From: Dudresnaya verticillata
Taxonomy: Eukaryota
Assembly: GCA_977862235.1 (NCBI GenBank)
Contig: OZ374560.1
Span: forward strand, 62,001-126,000
Length of the DNA: 64,000 nt
Reading direction: 5' to 3'
In this document: positions 24,690 through 36,902 of the stretch, piece after piece
How positions within the stretch are numbered: the stretch's first letter is position 1
Layout of the letters: the number at the start of each line of letters is the position of its first letter
Translations under genes and position numbers: made by a program
The notes under the pieces: generated by a model
What the model saw: the letters and a program-made list of their open reading frames with translations, nothing else
Told to the model about the DNA's origin: nothing
The model's database searches: none

Positions 24690-25139
24690 TTCCTAAATGA
24701 TTTCAATTTATAGGCCTTTGTTATGGTGGTGAAATATCTTCGTTCTTACTCATACCGCACCAGAATGTAGCATGTAGATGAACACCAACGAGATACGGAA
24801 GTGGAAAGGGCTTTTCTTTTCGCAGCTGTCGTGTTTGTTGATGTTTATACCACCTAAATGATATCAAATTATAGGCATTTGTTATGGATAGTGAAATGGC
24901 TTTATCCTACCCCGATGTAGGTGTGGCCGGCTGCCTCCTCACTCAAATCGCTTCTATCTTACCCCGATGGAGGTGTGGCCGGCTGCCGCCTTACTCGTAC
25001 CGCATCAGCATGTACCACACAGCACATTAAATACAATAATAGAGCATACATACGGGGTAAGAGTCCATGGATAGCCACAAAAGGCCTTTGTTATGGATGG
25101 TGAAATGTCTTCGTTACTACTTATACCGCACCCGAATGT
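24690..25139 (+). repeat. Degenerate ~160-bp tandem repeat array, left part (continues 32337-32700 and 37940+)
   Basis: Recurring AGGCCTTTGTTATGGATGGTGAAAT, CACCAACGAGATA...GGGCTTTTCT and GGTGTGGCCGGCTGCC blocks. Confidence 0.8.
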
Positions 25140-25738
25140 TGTAGCACAACGGGTCCACCCCAGGAAGAGCAAGGAAAACAAAGGACACCTGTCCGGAACC
25201 GTCGTGCTCACGGGTAGCTCGGGTGTGGTAGAGGCTTGGTAGAATGGCACTAGGCCAGGAAAAGGGGAAAAGGAAAAGGGGGACGCGACCCGGTATTCCG
25301 CAGGGAATCTGCCGTACGGTGACGAGCCTGTAGTTGGCATCCAGAAAAGGAACAGGAAGCGCCCGGAATCCAGAAAATGGTCAAGATCGAGAAACGCCCC
25401 GTGGGGTTCAATCAGGGGTTCCCTGCTACTCAACGGACCAATAAATAGGGCTTGTGCACGTGCTAGTACTATCTAATACAGTGTACTGTACACAAAGTAC
25501 ACTGAGCAATGGGAGGCGGATTCACGCTCCTGTGGTGGCGTATAATCGGGAAATATCCCATCGCCACACCAACGTCGTGCGCCAATTGCGCGTCTGAGGC
25601 GCGGGTGATTTCGCGCCAGGCGCCAATCACATATCACATCCTGGCGAAGCCCAGCAATGACAGCGTCTTACAGGGCATTGGCCCGTTACGACTTACAGTG
25701 TAGTGCACCCACTTGGCGCAAATCGCCGTTGTTCCACA
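25140..25738 (-). repeat. 3' LTR of element B
   Basis: TGTAGCACAAC...GTTGTTCCACA; 25349-25738 matches 31942-32331. Confidence 0.9.
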
Positions 25739-26333
25739 CGGCCCCCTCGTAAGACCGAGAGCCCCGCGAGGTCTGAGCCGTTTCCAAATTGCATTGGCAG
25801 TTCCGCCAGATTTTGCAGGCCAAAACAGGCGCATCGTAACGTCTGCAACTGGGACGCTCGACGAAGTGTTCCGCACTCTGAGCCAGCGCTCCCAAAAAGC
25901 GAGCGTATATCAGGGTCCGCACCCGCGTCTCCGCAAGATTTTTGGCGCCGTCATCCGCCACAACTCTCGCGCACACTGCTTCATCATCTTCCTCATTCCT
26001 CTAGCGCGTGCAGCGGCTTCTTTCCACATTCCGCATCAGGTGCGCCTCTCCAGCAATCTCTGCATTCCAACGCCCCGCGCGCGCCTTCCTCTCCAACGTG
26101 TGTCTCCCACGCAGTCAAAGACGCCACCGCGAGTCGGCGGTCGCATGACGCGAACATCTTCGCGCCCAGCGCACGTCTTCCTCCACGGCCGACCATTCGG
26201 TCAAGTCAACGACTTTTCTTCGTCGGATATTGTGTATTCCTTCGTGTGCAAGTTGCCAGAAGAAGACCTCCGGGCCAGGCCCGTTGCAGGATAGCTACAG
26301 AAGGTCGTCAAGAGCCGCGCACGCCTGGGCACC

Positions 26334-28602
26334 ATGCCCGTGAATCCACACTTCCAGTATGGGCAGCCAGGGTCCTCCGACAACGTGGCGTCGGTCGCCG
26401 TGGTGGCGGGAGGCGTTCCCGCGGACATAGCGGCCAGCCGCGATTGGCAGGTGCGTACAGACCTGAACCATGTGAGGCCCATGCTAGGGGCCAGTCGGGA
26501 TGAGATACGCCGCTTGGGCGGGAAGAGGGCAGAAGCCAAGGCTTGGAACACTCTGATACGCATGTGGGTGAGTCAGATCTCGATGATGACGCTGCGTATC
26601 TCTACCCCGGGACTATTCCCCTTCGACTCAGCGCGCGCTCGTTGGCGCTAGGAGGTGCCGTGGGTGGAGAACATGGCGAGCTTCATGAGCGGTCGGAAGT
26701 ACGTCCTAGACGAAATTGCCTTGTCCGACAAGTATGACCTTGGTGCAGTAGGGCATAAGCGCCCCTTCATTCGCGCGGGCCGGGATAACTTCCCATACAA
26801 CACCATGCGGATCACACTTCCGACCAATCGAACGACGTACAAGTACCATCTGGATACGCCGCAGACGGCTCTCCCGCACGAAGCAGCCTTCTTTGAACGT
26901 CGCCAGCGGCATCGGACCGGGTGCTTAGTATCGTGCCATTGTCAAGCGGTTACGGCTCTTAAGCCTGAGATGTTCACGAGTAAGTATCCTCAGATACCAC
27001 CGGACTACGAATACTACGAAGTATCATATTCGATCCCGGTGGGAGTGCCCACCATTGTTGCCTACCTAGGCCTGGAGCTGGTGCAGTCATCCACCACGAG
27101 CCTGTTGTGGCTTCTTTACCGGCACGAATGGATCGTTCTCATCACCCAAGTCTTCATGTACGAGGCGCGCAAAGGCCGCTTGTTCTTCATTAACCAGAAG
27201 TTGCGCGACGACATTCACGAGATCGGGTCGTCCAAGTTCACGGCTAATGCCGACGATGCCGTTGACTTGGACTCGCTCCTACTTTTCGTAGAGCGCATCG
27301 TATGGCGACGAGTGTCGAAGCGGAACCGGGTCTTGCCCGAGAGTACAGGCGTGATTTTGCCGGTCTTCGACCGTGGAGATTGGGTTGACTTTGACCCCGA
27401 GGCCTGGGCACCGGATATTCCAGAAGACCTGCTCAATAGTATCCCAGTGGACCCGGCTTCCTTGGAAGCAGATGAAGGTATGCGCCTGCGATCCGGCTTC
27501 ACCGCAGGGTGGGAATGCAACAACTGGCAAGAGCCGAAGGCGCCTTCGGAGGTGCCAGCGTATGACGCCCTGACCGATGGTCAGCCTCTGGGCCCCTACG
27601 CCCCCGGTCATTCACGGCCGTAGTAAAGCGGACGCCGCGATTCGTGAAGTGTTCCGCCAGCGGGGTTTGGCTTTGAGGCTTCACAACCACTGGAATATCC
27701 AGAACCTGACTGTGCACTCCCTTGCGGATTTGGTAGAAGCAGCCATGGTTGACTACGAAGCCTCGTGGCTCACGGTTCCGGGAACCATCCATCGTATGTC
27801 GGAACATTTCCGAGGCTTGCCCCGTTTGGGTTCGTCCGCCAAGGTGGAGCGAGAAGCCCCTGTTGCGCGAGAGTAATTGGCCAACACTGCGACCAGTTCG
27901 GCCCCGGCGGCACCTATAGCCATCGTTACCGGTCCAGTGGGAGCCGCGTCGGCGGCTCCTGTTGGAGAGACTCGACTCAGAGGTCGTCATGGTATCGGAT
28001 CAGATAGGGCATCGCGCCCTTCAGGAGGAGGAGATAGCGCAAGGCTTGGAAATTCAGGACGTCACCATTCCTGGCAATAGGGGGAGTGCCCCACTTGCGG
28101 AGAGGCACGATGATCGCGAGATTGACGCGGCAATGGCGTCTCTTCCTCCGGCTTCGGAAGCTGCCCTTGGGGCAACCCCGTCTCAAGAGCCAACAACAAC
28201 GGCAGCAGCAGGGCACCGGCCAGCGAGAGGGATGAGGATCGGATTGAGCCAGCTGCTCCTGCGGCGCCGCCTGCTCCAGCGTCCACCTTGGCCCCTAGGG
28301 CGAGTGTAACGCTTTCCCCTGCCATGGCGGTTGAGGCATCCCGCTCTTCACCAGCTCAAGGCAATTTCGTGCCAGTGGCCGGACCGACCGAGTCAAGCTC
28401 CGTGCAACGCGTTTCCCGGCAGGCGGCCTCGTTGGGTGTCATAGCGACAGCCGGGGAAGAGTCACCAGCAGCTCCGGGAGAAGGCGGTGGCCTGGTTAAG
28501 ACCGAGCTAGTCATTAAGGAAGAGCTCGAAGAGGAGCCAACTCCTATGGAAACGGACCCCGTCCAGCCACGAGTGCATCGCATCATCTGCGAAGTGCGGT
28601 GA
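26334..28602 (+). pseudogene. Antisense accessory ORF of element B
   Basis: ATG 26334, in-frame TAG 26649, 322-aa ORF to 27623, then a frameshifted Ala/Pro/Glu-rich tail to 28602; opposite strand to pol. Confidence 0.8.
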
Positions 28603-28649
28603 ATTGTTCACCCGGTCGGTGCCTTGATTCCAGCTAACGTGGACAATAC

Positions 28650-29590
28650 AATACTCATGATCCAGCGTAGTGCTTGATGATCCGTGAAAAGATCGAAGTG
28701 AGACCGTTCCAAGAAGGGTCGCAATATCTGTACTGCCCATACGACGGCGAGGCACTCTTTCTCTCCGACTGAGTAGTTCTTCTCAGCTTTCGTTAACGAA
28801 CGGCTCCAGAAACCAATAGGGTGTCGGTCACCATTCTCATCTGTCTGCATCAGAGCACAGCCCACTTGATAGTCGCACGCGTCGGTGTCGACTGATAATT
28901 GGCGTCCCACTTGCGGCAGTTGGAGTATGGGCGGAGCCACAAGTTCTTTCTTCAGAAGCGAGAAGGAATCTCTTTGTTCCTCGTTGAACGTCGGGAGGTT
29001 GAAATCTAATGTCTTCTGCAGTACTGCATTAAGCGGAGCAGCGACTTTAGCAAAGTTGAGCACGAGCCGTCTTTATACGTTACACAAGCCGAGGCAAGAG
29101 CATAGCTGCGTTTGCGTACTTGGTTCCCTAAACCCGTAGATGGTTTGTGTGTTCTTCGAGGCGACCTCCAGGAGGCCAGGGCGGACCACATGTACCAGAT
29201 AATCGACGCTCTTCGCGAAGAAGTTACATTTCTTCAACTTCAGCGATACTCCTGCGTTCTGGAGCACCTCCAAGATTTCCTTTACGTGACCAAGGTGCTC
29301 TTTGACGCTTTTGGAGAAGATGATGATATCATCCAGATATACCAAGCACGACTTCCGTCTGAATCCAGACAGGAGAATGTCGACCGTTCGCTGGAACATG
29401 GCTGGTGCATTACATATCCCAAAGGGCATGCGGCAAAATTGGAAGCATCCAGCGTGACAAGTGAACGCCGTCTTCGGCTGGTCTTCCTTGGCGACCGGTA
29501 GCTGCCAGTAGCCAGAATTACAATTAAGCGTTGTGAAGAATTGGGCATCTCCCAGAGAGTCCAGACACCCGTCCATACGAGGCAAAGGAG
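28650..29590 (-). pseudogene. pol: Gypsy RT/RNase H fragment (protease and integrase deleted)
   Basis: PLPRMDGCLDSLG, YLDD, DTDACDYQVG, TDHQALRW. Confidence 0.92.
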
Positions 29591-29599
29591 TTAATGTTA

Positions 29600-31024
29600 A
29601 TGGAGAGTTATCGTAGACACCTGAGCAGACATCCGCGTAGCCTTGTAGACGAGTCGCGAATTCCATCTCGGTTTCTTCGGACTTCTGCTTCGCGGTAATC
29701 ACGTGATCGTGTGCGTCAGCGATTACGTCTTCCGTGAGAAATCGTTGGAGCAATACGTTCACAATAGCGGACCAGCAGACCGGGCTGCCAGTACGAACGC
29801 CTACGAAGGCATAGTGTTGATACACCTTGAGCGCGGTCTCGTCGAGGAACCACGAAATCGTTCGAACTGCTGCTCCTTCGGTGAGCCCGACTCCGTTCAG
29901 CGCTTGTCGAATATCACGAAGAAATGCGAGAACCTTAATCGGATCTCGTCCCGTAACTTCTCGAGTCTCGGCATCATCGAACGCATGCGGGAAACGGTTT
30001 TCGACGTGTTACCTCGGAAGACTTCGTGTTGATTATCCCGAGGTGACGAATTCGTGAGTCGATACGATCGATAGCTTACGGCCCGCGCGAATTCGGGGAT
30101 GAGCGTCGGTATCGGTTCGACGCCCGGCTCGAGCGGTCCCCAGTGCCAGAACGATGACACGGGTCCCGCGAGCGATAACGGATTTTCGATTACGGGTCCT
30201 CCGGGGGACATCGGTGGTTGAAGTGAAGCTCGGAATACTGCGGGGTTGATACGGGGGTTGTCGGAGGCATCGGTTGCCTGATGCGATAAAGGGTGCGAAG
30301 ACTGATTCGGATACGTGTTTTTTGGCAACGTAGATTGGGCACCCGGGCCTAGCACGGGTTGAACTAGCGACGAATTGCGGGGGTCAGGACGGGCTTCGGG
30401 ACGATCTTCGCGACTTCGAGTCTTTTCCTTCGGTAACACGGCGGACACGATGTCACGAATTGCGGTCAACTGTTCCTGTGAGAATGCGTGCGAGCTGCGA
30501 ACGGGAGGCGATTGACTCGCCTTGCCCACGGGGGCGGATGCGTTGCGTTCGAGCACGAGAAACCGGTTTCTGACTCCCGAGACGAGATCCCGGAGACTCT
30601 CGAGTGAGTCTTCGATCCTACGGACCTTGCCAGCGCGGAAATTGTCGAACTCTGTGTGACCTCGAATATGCGTATTACGAATGGAGAGCTGCGTGATACG
30701 GTACGCAGTGGAAAGCGCGTCGATATCCTCTTCGTAGAGTAGACATAGTTCTGCACCGGAGACTTCCTTCATCGAGAAGAGTCGATCGACGGTATCCGAG
30801 GGAAGGATTTCCAACGGAGTGTACGTATACGAAAGGTCGGACTGGCTACCGTAAGCCTGCGAACGCGAGTCTGTGCGAAGATCGGGTACCGTTGTTCGTG
30901 AAGCGCGAGTGCGAGAAAACGGCTCTCGGTCACTCGCGTTTGAGTCGAACAACGGGAGCTCCGGAATCGGTACGTCATCGGGTTTCGGTACCGGCGAATC
31001 GGGACTACTCGGAGCGTGAGGCAT
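29600..31024 (-). pseudogene. gag: Gypsy gag of family A (frameshifted, 3'-deleted)
   Basis: ATG 52 nt after the PBS; FARAVSYRSYRL motif shared with gag of C and F; W..IVN.LLQRF. Confidence 0.82.
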
Positions 31025-31076
31025 CGTGTCTCGGATAGAAATGAATTACGAATAAATGCGAAACTTCGGGACCACG

Positions 31077-31094
31077 TTCTAGGTCGGGAGACCA
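31077..31094 (-). promoter_or_regulatory. Primer binding site TGGTCTCCCGACCTAGAA of family A
   Basis: Directly follows the LTR on the - strand; identical to 11220-11237. Confidence 0.88.
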
Positions 31095-31095
31095 G

Positions 31096-31941
31096 TCTGG
31101 TATAACGAAGTCCACGGTGACGCGGGGAAGTCTCGCACTGTAAGGAATGGCTTCGGAGCCTAACGAATGGCCTCGTAGCCTAACGGAGAAACGGACATGG
31201 GTGGTAGCGTGGTAGAGCGGAGCGACCAACACGAAGGACTACGGTGTCAACGTATTCGTGTGCGGAAGGGAGAACTCGAGCGATCGCTCACCGGGGGGGA
31301 TGACTCCGGGTGCGCGGGGCTATCGAAAGCGAGGCTCGACCGTATCCGCGGCCACAAAGACGAAGACACCGAACTCGAAGAAACAGGCGTTTACCGAAGA
31401 CTCCGAGGTCCGGGCGCTAGTCGCTTACCGGAAACCCTCGGAGGTTGTGCCAGACGACTGGCTAAGTAATACTACTTGAGCACGAATGCGCGTCAACGCG
31501 GGAGACGGTTCGTACTCGAATGCTTCGTAACGGCCTCGGTGCCAACGAACGGTCGCCCCACGTATGGTGGCGGTTACGAAGTGCGCCAGCGATGCATACG
31601 GAGGTGCGCGTGTCTCGTGGGCCCCGGTGCCGTTACGGGCGGGAAACAACGGGAAAGTCACGAAGGTGTCAGCGATTTCGTATCGGGGGCTCACTGTAAT
31701 GCGAATGCCATCGTGGCGCGCGCGATCACGAAGTCAGCTCGGGATTCGTCCGGAGGTGTCAGCGATTTCGTATCACGTGCGTGCTGTAATGCGAATGCCA
31801 TCGTGGCGCGCGCACAGTATGCGCACTGTAATACGTTTGCCATCGTGGCGTGCGCAATCACGGAGTCACTTCGAAATTCGTATTTCGCGATTATTTTCAC
31901 GTAGACCACGGAGCCGTTTTGCGGATAGCGTCTATACCACT
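31096..31941 (-). repeat. 5' LTR of family A element, inserted in the 5' LTR of B
   Basis: Inverted near-copy of the solo LTR 35128-35984. Confidence 0.9.
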
Positions 31942-32331
31942 AGAACGGGAAGCGCCCGGAATCCAGAAAATGGTCAAGACCGAGAAACGCCCCGTGGGGT
32001 TCAATCAGGGGTGCCCTGCTACTCAACGGACCAATAAATAGGGCTTGTGCACGTGCTAGTACTATCCAATACAGTGTACTGTACACAAATTACACTGAGA
32101 AATGGGAGGCGGATTCACGCCCCTGTGGCGGCGTATAATCGGGAAATATCCCAGCGCCACACCAACGTCGTGCGCCAATTGCGCGTCTGAGGCGCGGGTG
32201 ATTTCGCGACAGGCGCCAATCACATATCACATCCTGGCGAAGCCCAGCAATGACAGCGTCTTACAGGGCATTGGCCCGTTACGACTTACAGCGTAGTGCA
32301 CCCACTTGGCGCAAATCTCCGTTGTGCCACA
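31942..32331 (-). repeat. Remnant (390 bp) of the 5' LTR of element B
   Basis: Matches 25349-25738; followed by TSD AATGT. Confidence 0.9.
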
Positions 32332-32336
32332 AATGT

Positions 32337-32700
32337 AGCGAATAAATGAACACCAACGAGATAGAGAAGTGGATAGGGCTTTTCTGCTCGCAGCTATCGT
32401 GTGTGTTGATGTGTATGCCACCTAAAGGATGTCAAATTATAGGCCGTTGTTATGGATGGTGAAATGCCTTCTATCTTACTGCGTTGGTGTTGCGGGCTGC
32501 CGCCTTACTCGTTCCGCACCACCAACGAGATAGGGCAGTGGAAAGGGCTTTTCTGCTCGCAGCTGTCGTGTCTGTTGATGTGTATGCCACTTAAATGATG
32601 TCAAATTATAGGCCTTTGTTATAGATGTTGAAATTTCTTCTATCTTACCCCGGTGGAGGTGTGGCCGGCTGCCGCCTTACTCGTTCCGCATCAGCATGTA
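32337..32700 (+). repeat. Continuation of the ~160-bp tandem repeat array
   Basis: Same units as 24690-25139. Confidence 0.8.
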
Positions 32701-34316
32701 CCCTTCCGGATGGGTCAATTTGGAGCAAAGTTTACTTCAGGGCAGGGCATCAGCAGGGTTTTTACCAGTGATGGCCATATAAAAGCGCCCGATCGACAGA
32801 TATATCCTCTCCGCTCCCTGAGCACGGAAACCACGCAGTGAGCTCAATCTTTCTCCGAGTTAGAAATATTTTTCTGCAGGTCGCCGGAAACTCTCATTCT
32901 AAAAGAAAATGGCTCAATTTGAAGTGGATACTGGGCTCTACTTCCACTGAAGTGGAGTCCATGCTTCGTCGTCCATGCAACTCTGATACCCAACAGAGTC
33001 GTCATACACTTTCACCCATTTCCCCAACGCCCCGTTATGGTACGTCATCTCATATTCTTGCCCTGATCCCATTTCTTCTCCACCTGCGAGCCCCAGTAGT
33101 GCCGAAACACATTCTGACTCCACCTTGCTGTCACCTGCGTCCTGAACAGCGATAGGACCGGGTTCACCGATAAATAAGTCACCCTTCACAATGTTGCCTG
33201 TGGAATTGCACAGCGCTACATTAGGGGCAAAGAAAGAAGCGTCTAGGGCCAATGCAGTAGCGACAGGAGAAACACTCACATACTTTCCGGTCGCTGACGT
33301 GACAGCGGCACCAGTGTGGCCCAACTCAGTTTGGTGCTCCGCGTTACTTCTCGGTTTTATTAAACCGTCTGCTTCGCGACTACAGTCATCCTTGGTCTTG
33401 TAAAATTCATCTGCAAAATGAACACCTTTCATATATCTGGGAGTGCGAAATGCAGTATGTGATCCTGCCCTCTTAATTGCCACACCTCCCAAGCCAACAT
33501 TTCCGCTCTTACCCTTCAGACAAGATCGCCCCACTGCAGTAAAGTTTGATGTATGTCTTTTGTCTTTTTAATGGATGGCTTTTTCACTTCGCACTGCATT
33601 TTTCTTCTTCTCAGCTCTCTTTGCTTTGCGCTCCATCGACACCTGCTTTCGCTTTATTGCCTCCTCCTTGCGCTGTTCTCTATGCTTTAATTTAAGAGAC
33701 ACAAGTTCTTGCTTCCGCTGGGCATCAATTTCTTTCTGTTTGGCTTCCTCCTCGCGGCGACTCATAACATCACTATGGGTCATGTAAACAGCCGGTCCAC
33801 CATGACGTAAGACCTCCCGCTTTGTGTCGCACTGTCTGCTCTCCTTCCACGGGGTCATTCGGTTTTCATGCCGCACATTTAAATCTCGCAGTACTGTGCA
33901 GGTGGAAGCACGCACTATTGAGGCCACTTTCTCCAAGGCGGCATCCGGGTATCTATCATCGTACGAAGAGGTGGTCAGTTCTCTTATCGCAGTGACTGAA
34001 GTCGAAGCAATCGGGCTGTTAGCAGAACCATTAAGCACTGCTTTGGAACTTTGAATGCCCTCCCATGCCAACCTCGCCCACTTCATAAACCGGAAATCCA
34101 TCAGCCACAGTCCCGTTTTCTTAAAAGATTCACAAACCACGCTTGGCGTGATTGATCTGTAACCAGCAACCCCGAGCTTCAGTTTGATAGAGAGGTCCCC
34201 AAATGGAACCAGTGCCTTTGATGCCAAGAATGTGCGCGTCCCTCTCATCGCCTTCTTGAACTCCCTGTTTATGGCGTTGTCACACGGCTGGAGGAAGTGG
34301 CTTGCATTACTAGGAG

Positions 34317-34989
34317 TGTGGTGAAGTGAAAGGCACACCTGTAAGGAGAGCTGATCAGACAATCCCAATAAGGAGTGATCTCACACGGCACCGGGGTGGT
34401 AGAGCTTAGTTCGTAGACCGAAGGGAGTACCTCGAGCGGCAACACCTGTAAGGAGTAAAGGGACGCAACAGACAAAGGGGACGGTACAGTGCCAGGACAG
34501 CTACACCGGGACGGAGGTAAGAGGAATCCGTGCACGGGGCTGGAGAGGGGAAACCGTAAAGGAGTATGAGGGTAAGGCTTAGGTTAAGTCACTTTGCCCA
34601 GGGTTGCATACACGTTTACTGTAGGACTCGCGGTGGCCACCCATTAATATACTGGGAGATACGCCCCGCGGCCCGGTCCGTGGGCCAGACCCCAATGGGT
34701 CTGGTCCACCAGGTGGGTCCGACCCTACTGGTCCCGGTCACCGTTGCGGACATGCTCGGCATTCTCATTGGCCGGCTGACACTACGTACTGTACAGCATC
34801 ATTACAATTACCTAATTACAAATAAATCAACTACTTGGCTCCTATTGGTGGTGCGCGCAGACTCCAGCAAGGCGTACAGTGCTACTGTGTCGCTGCACTC
34901 CCGTTCGGTTTTTGGCGCCAGCTCACCGGCGCGCCGGGCGCGAGTCGGCTCAACCGTCGTCGGCACTCCACAACGGCCGCTTCACCACA
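34317..34989 (-). mobile_element. Solo LTR family C, TSD AGGAG
   Basis: TGTGGTGAAG...CTTCACCACA; AGGAG at 34312-34316 and 34990-34994. Confidence 0.95.
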
Positions 34990-35127
34990 AGGAGCCTGAA
35001 TGACCTCAATATTTTTTGCTTCGCTAGGTGCAACCACTCTACCCCATTTCGCGACGAGTGCCCATCAAGTACAAGACATAATGCTAGGTCGCGTGGAACA
35101 ATTTGACGATAGTGACGGTCGATGTGT

Positions 35128-35984
35128 TGGGGTATAGACGCTATCCGCGAAAGGACTCCGTGGTCTACGTGAAAATAATCGAGAAATACGAATTTCGAAA
35201 TGACTCCGTGAATGCACACGCCACGATGGCAAACGTATTACAGTGCGCATACTGTGCGCGCGCCACGATGGCATTCGCATTACAGCACGCTCGTGGTACG
35301 AAATCGCTGGCACCTCCGGACGAATCCCGAGCCGACTTCGTGATCGCGCGCGCCACGATGGCATTCGCATTACAGTGCGCCCCCGATACGAAATGGCTGA
35401 CACCTTCGTGACTTTCCCGTTGTTTCCCGCGCGTAAAGGCACCAGGGCCCACGAGACACGCATACCTCCGTATGCATCGCTGGGGCATTTCGCAACCACC
35501 ACCATACGTGAGGCGACCGTTCGTTGGCACCGATGCCGTTACGAATCATGCGAGTTAGAACCGTCTCCCGCGTTGACGCGCATTCGTGCTCACGTAGTAT
35601 TACTTAGCCAGTCGTCTGGCACAACCTCCGAGGGTTTCCGGTAAGCGACTAGCGCCCGGACCTCGGAGTCTTCGGTGTGGCACATTCGGTAAACGCCTGT
35701 TTCTTCGAGTTCGGTGTCTTCGTACTCGTGACCGCGGATACGGTCGAGCCTCGCTTTCGATAGCCCCGCGTAGCCGGAGTCATCCCCGGTGATCGATCGC
35801 TCGAGTTCTCCCTTCCGCACACGAATACGTTGACACCGTGGTCCTTCGTGTTGGTAGCTCCGCTCTACTAATATACCACCCCTTTTCGTTTCTCCGTTAG
35901 GCTACGAGGCCATTCGTTAGGCTCCGAGGCCATTCCTTACAGTACGAGACTTCCCTGCGTCACCGTGGACTTCGTTATACCACA
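35128..35984 (+). mobile_element. Solo LTR family A, TSD TGTGT
   Basis: TGTGT at 35123-35127 and 35985-35989; homologous to 31096-31941. Confidence 0.93.
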
Positions 35985-36227
35985 TGTGTTCAATCACAAA
36001 CCTAATCGTAGACATTTAGATACTTCCGTTCTTAGTCCCAACAATGAAGGCATCCTTTGGATACCAGTCCCTAGCGGATAGCCAATAGGGACCGCTTTCG
36101 TCTTTGAAGGTATCTGCGGACAACTCGTGAAACCAACGAGACATCAAATGCTTCCCCGCAAATAAGAAGAATGGAGGTAGACTGCGTTCAGGTGCTGACG
36201 CGATAACAACTGCAGTCAGGTGTTTGT

Positions 36228-36902
36228 TGTGGTGAAGCGGCCGTTTCGGAGTGCGGACGACGGTTGAGCCGACCCGCGCCCGACACAGTGGTGAGCTGGC
36301 GCCAAAAGCCGAAACGGAGTGCAGCGACACAGTAGCACTGTACGCCTTGCTGGAGTCTGCGCGCACCACCAATAGGAGTCAAGTAGTTGATTTATTTGTA
36401 ATTAGGTAATTATAATCATGCTGTACAGTACGTAGTGTCAGCCGGCCAATAAGAATGCCGAGCATGTCCGCAACGGTGACCGGGACCAGTAGGGCCGGAC
36501 CCACCTGGTGGACCAGACCCATTGGGGTCTGGCCCACACGGACCGGACCGCGGGGCGTATCTCCCAGTATATTAATGGGTGGCCACCGCGAGTCCTACAG
36601 TAAACGGGTACGCAACCCTGGGCAAAGTGACTTACCCTAAGCCTTACCCTCATACTCCTTTACGTTTTCCCCTCGCCAGCCCCGTGCACGGATTCCTTTT
36701 ACCTCCGTCCCGGTGTAGCTGTCCTGGCACTGTACCGTCCCCCTGGTCTGTTGCGTCCCTTTACTCCTTACAGGTGTTGCCGCTCGAGGTACTCCCTTCG
36801 GTCTACGAACTAAGCTCTACCACCCCGGTGCCGTGTGAGATCACTCCTTATTGGGATTGCCTGATCAGCTCTCCTTACAGGTGTGCCTTTCAATTCACCA
36901 CA
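36228..36902 (+). mobile_element. LTR family C flanked by TSD TTTGT (solo LTR, or 5' LTR of the element ending at 51210)
   Basis: TTTGT at 36223-36227, 36903-36907 and 51211-51215. Confidence 0.92.

Larger units (their letters stand above)
25140..32331 (-). mobile_element. Gypsy element family B, chimeric with an inserted family A element and internally deleted; TSD AATGT
   Basis: AATGT at 25135-25139 and 32332-32336; LTR 25140-25738 and LTR remnant 31942-32331; PPT GAGGGGGCCG on - strand at 25739-25748. Confidence 0.9.

Noticed and set aside
24690..25139. Possible CRISPR-like array
   Set aside because: Units are long, degenerate and repeated throughout, with no unique spacers and no cas genes; the context is eukaryotic
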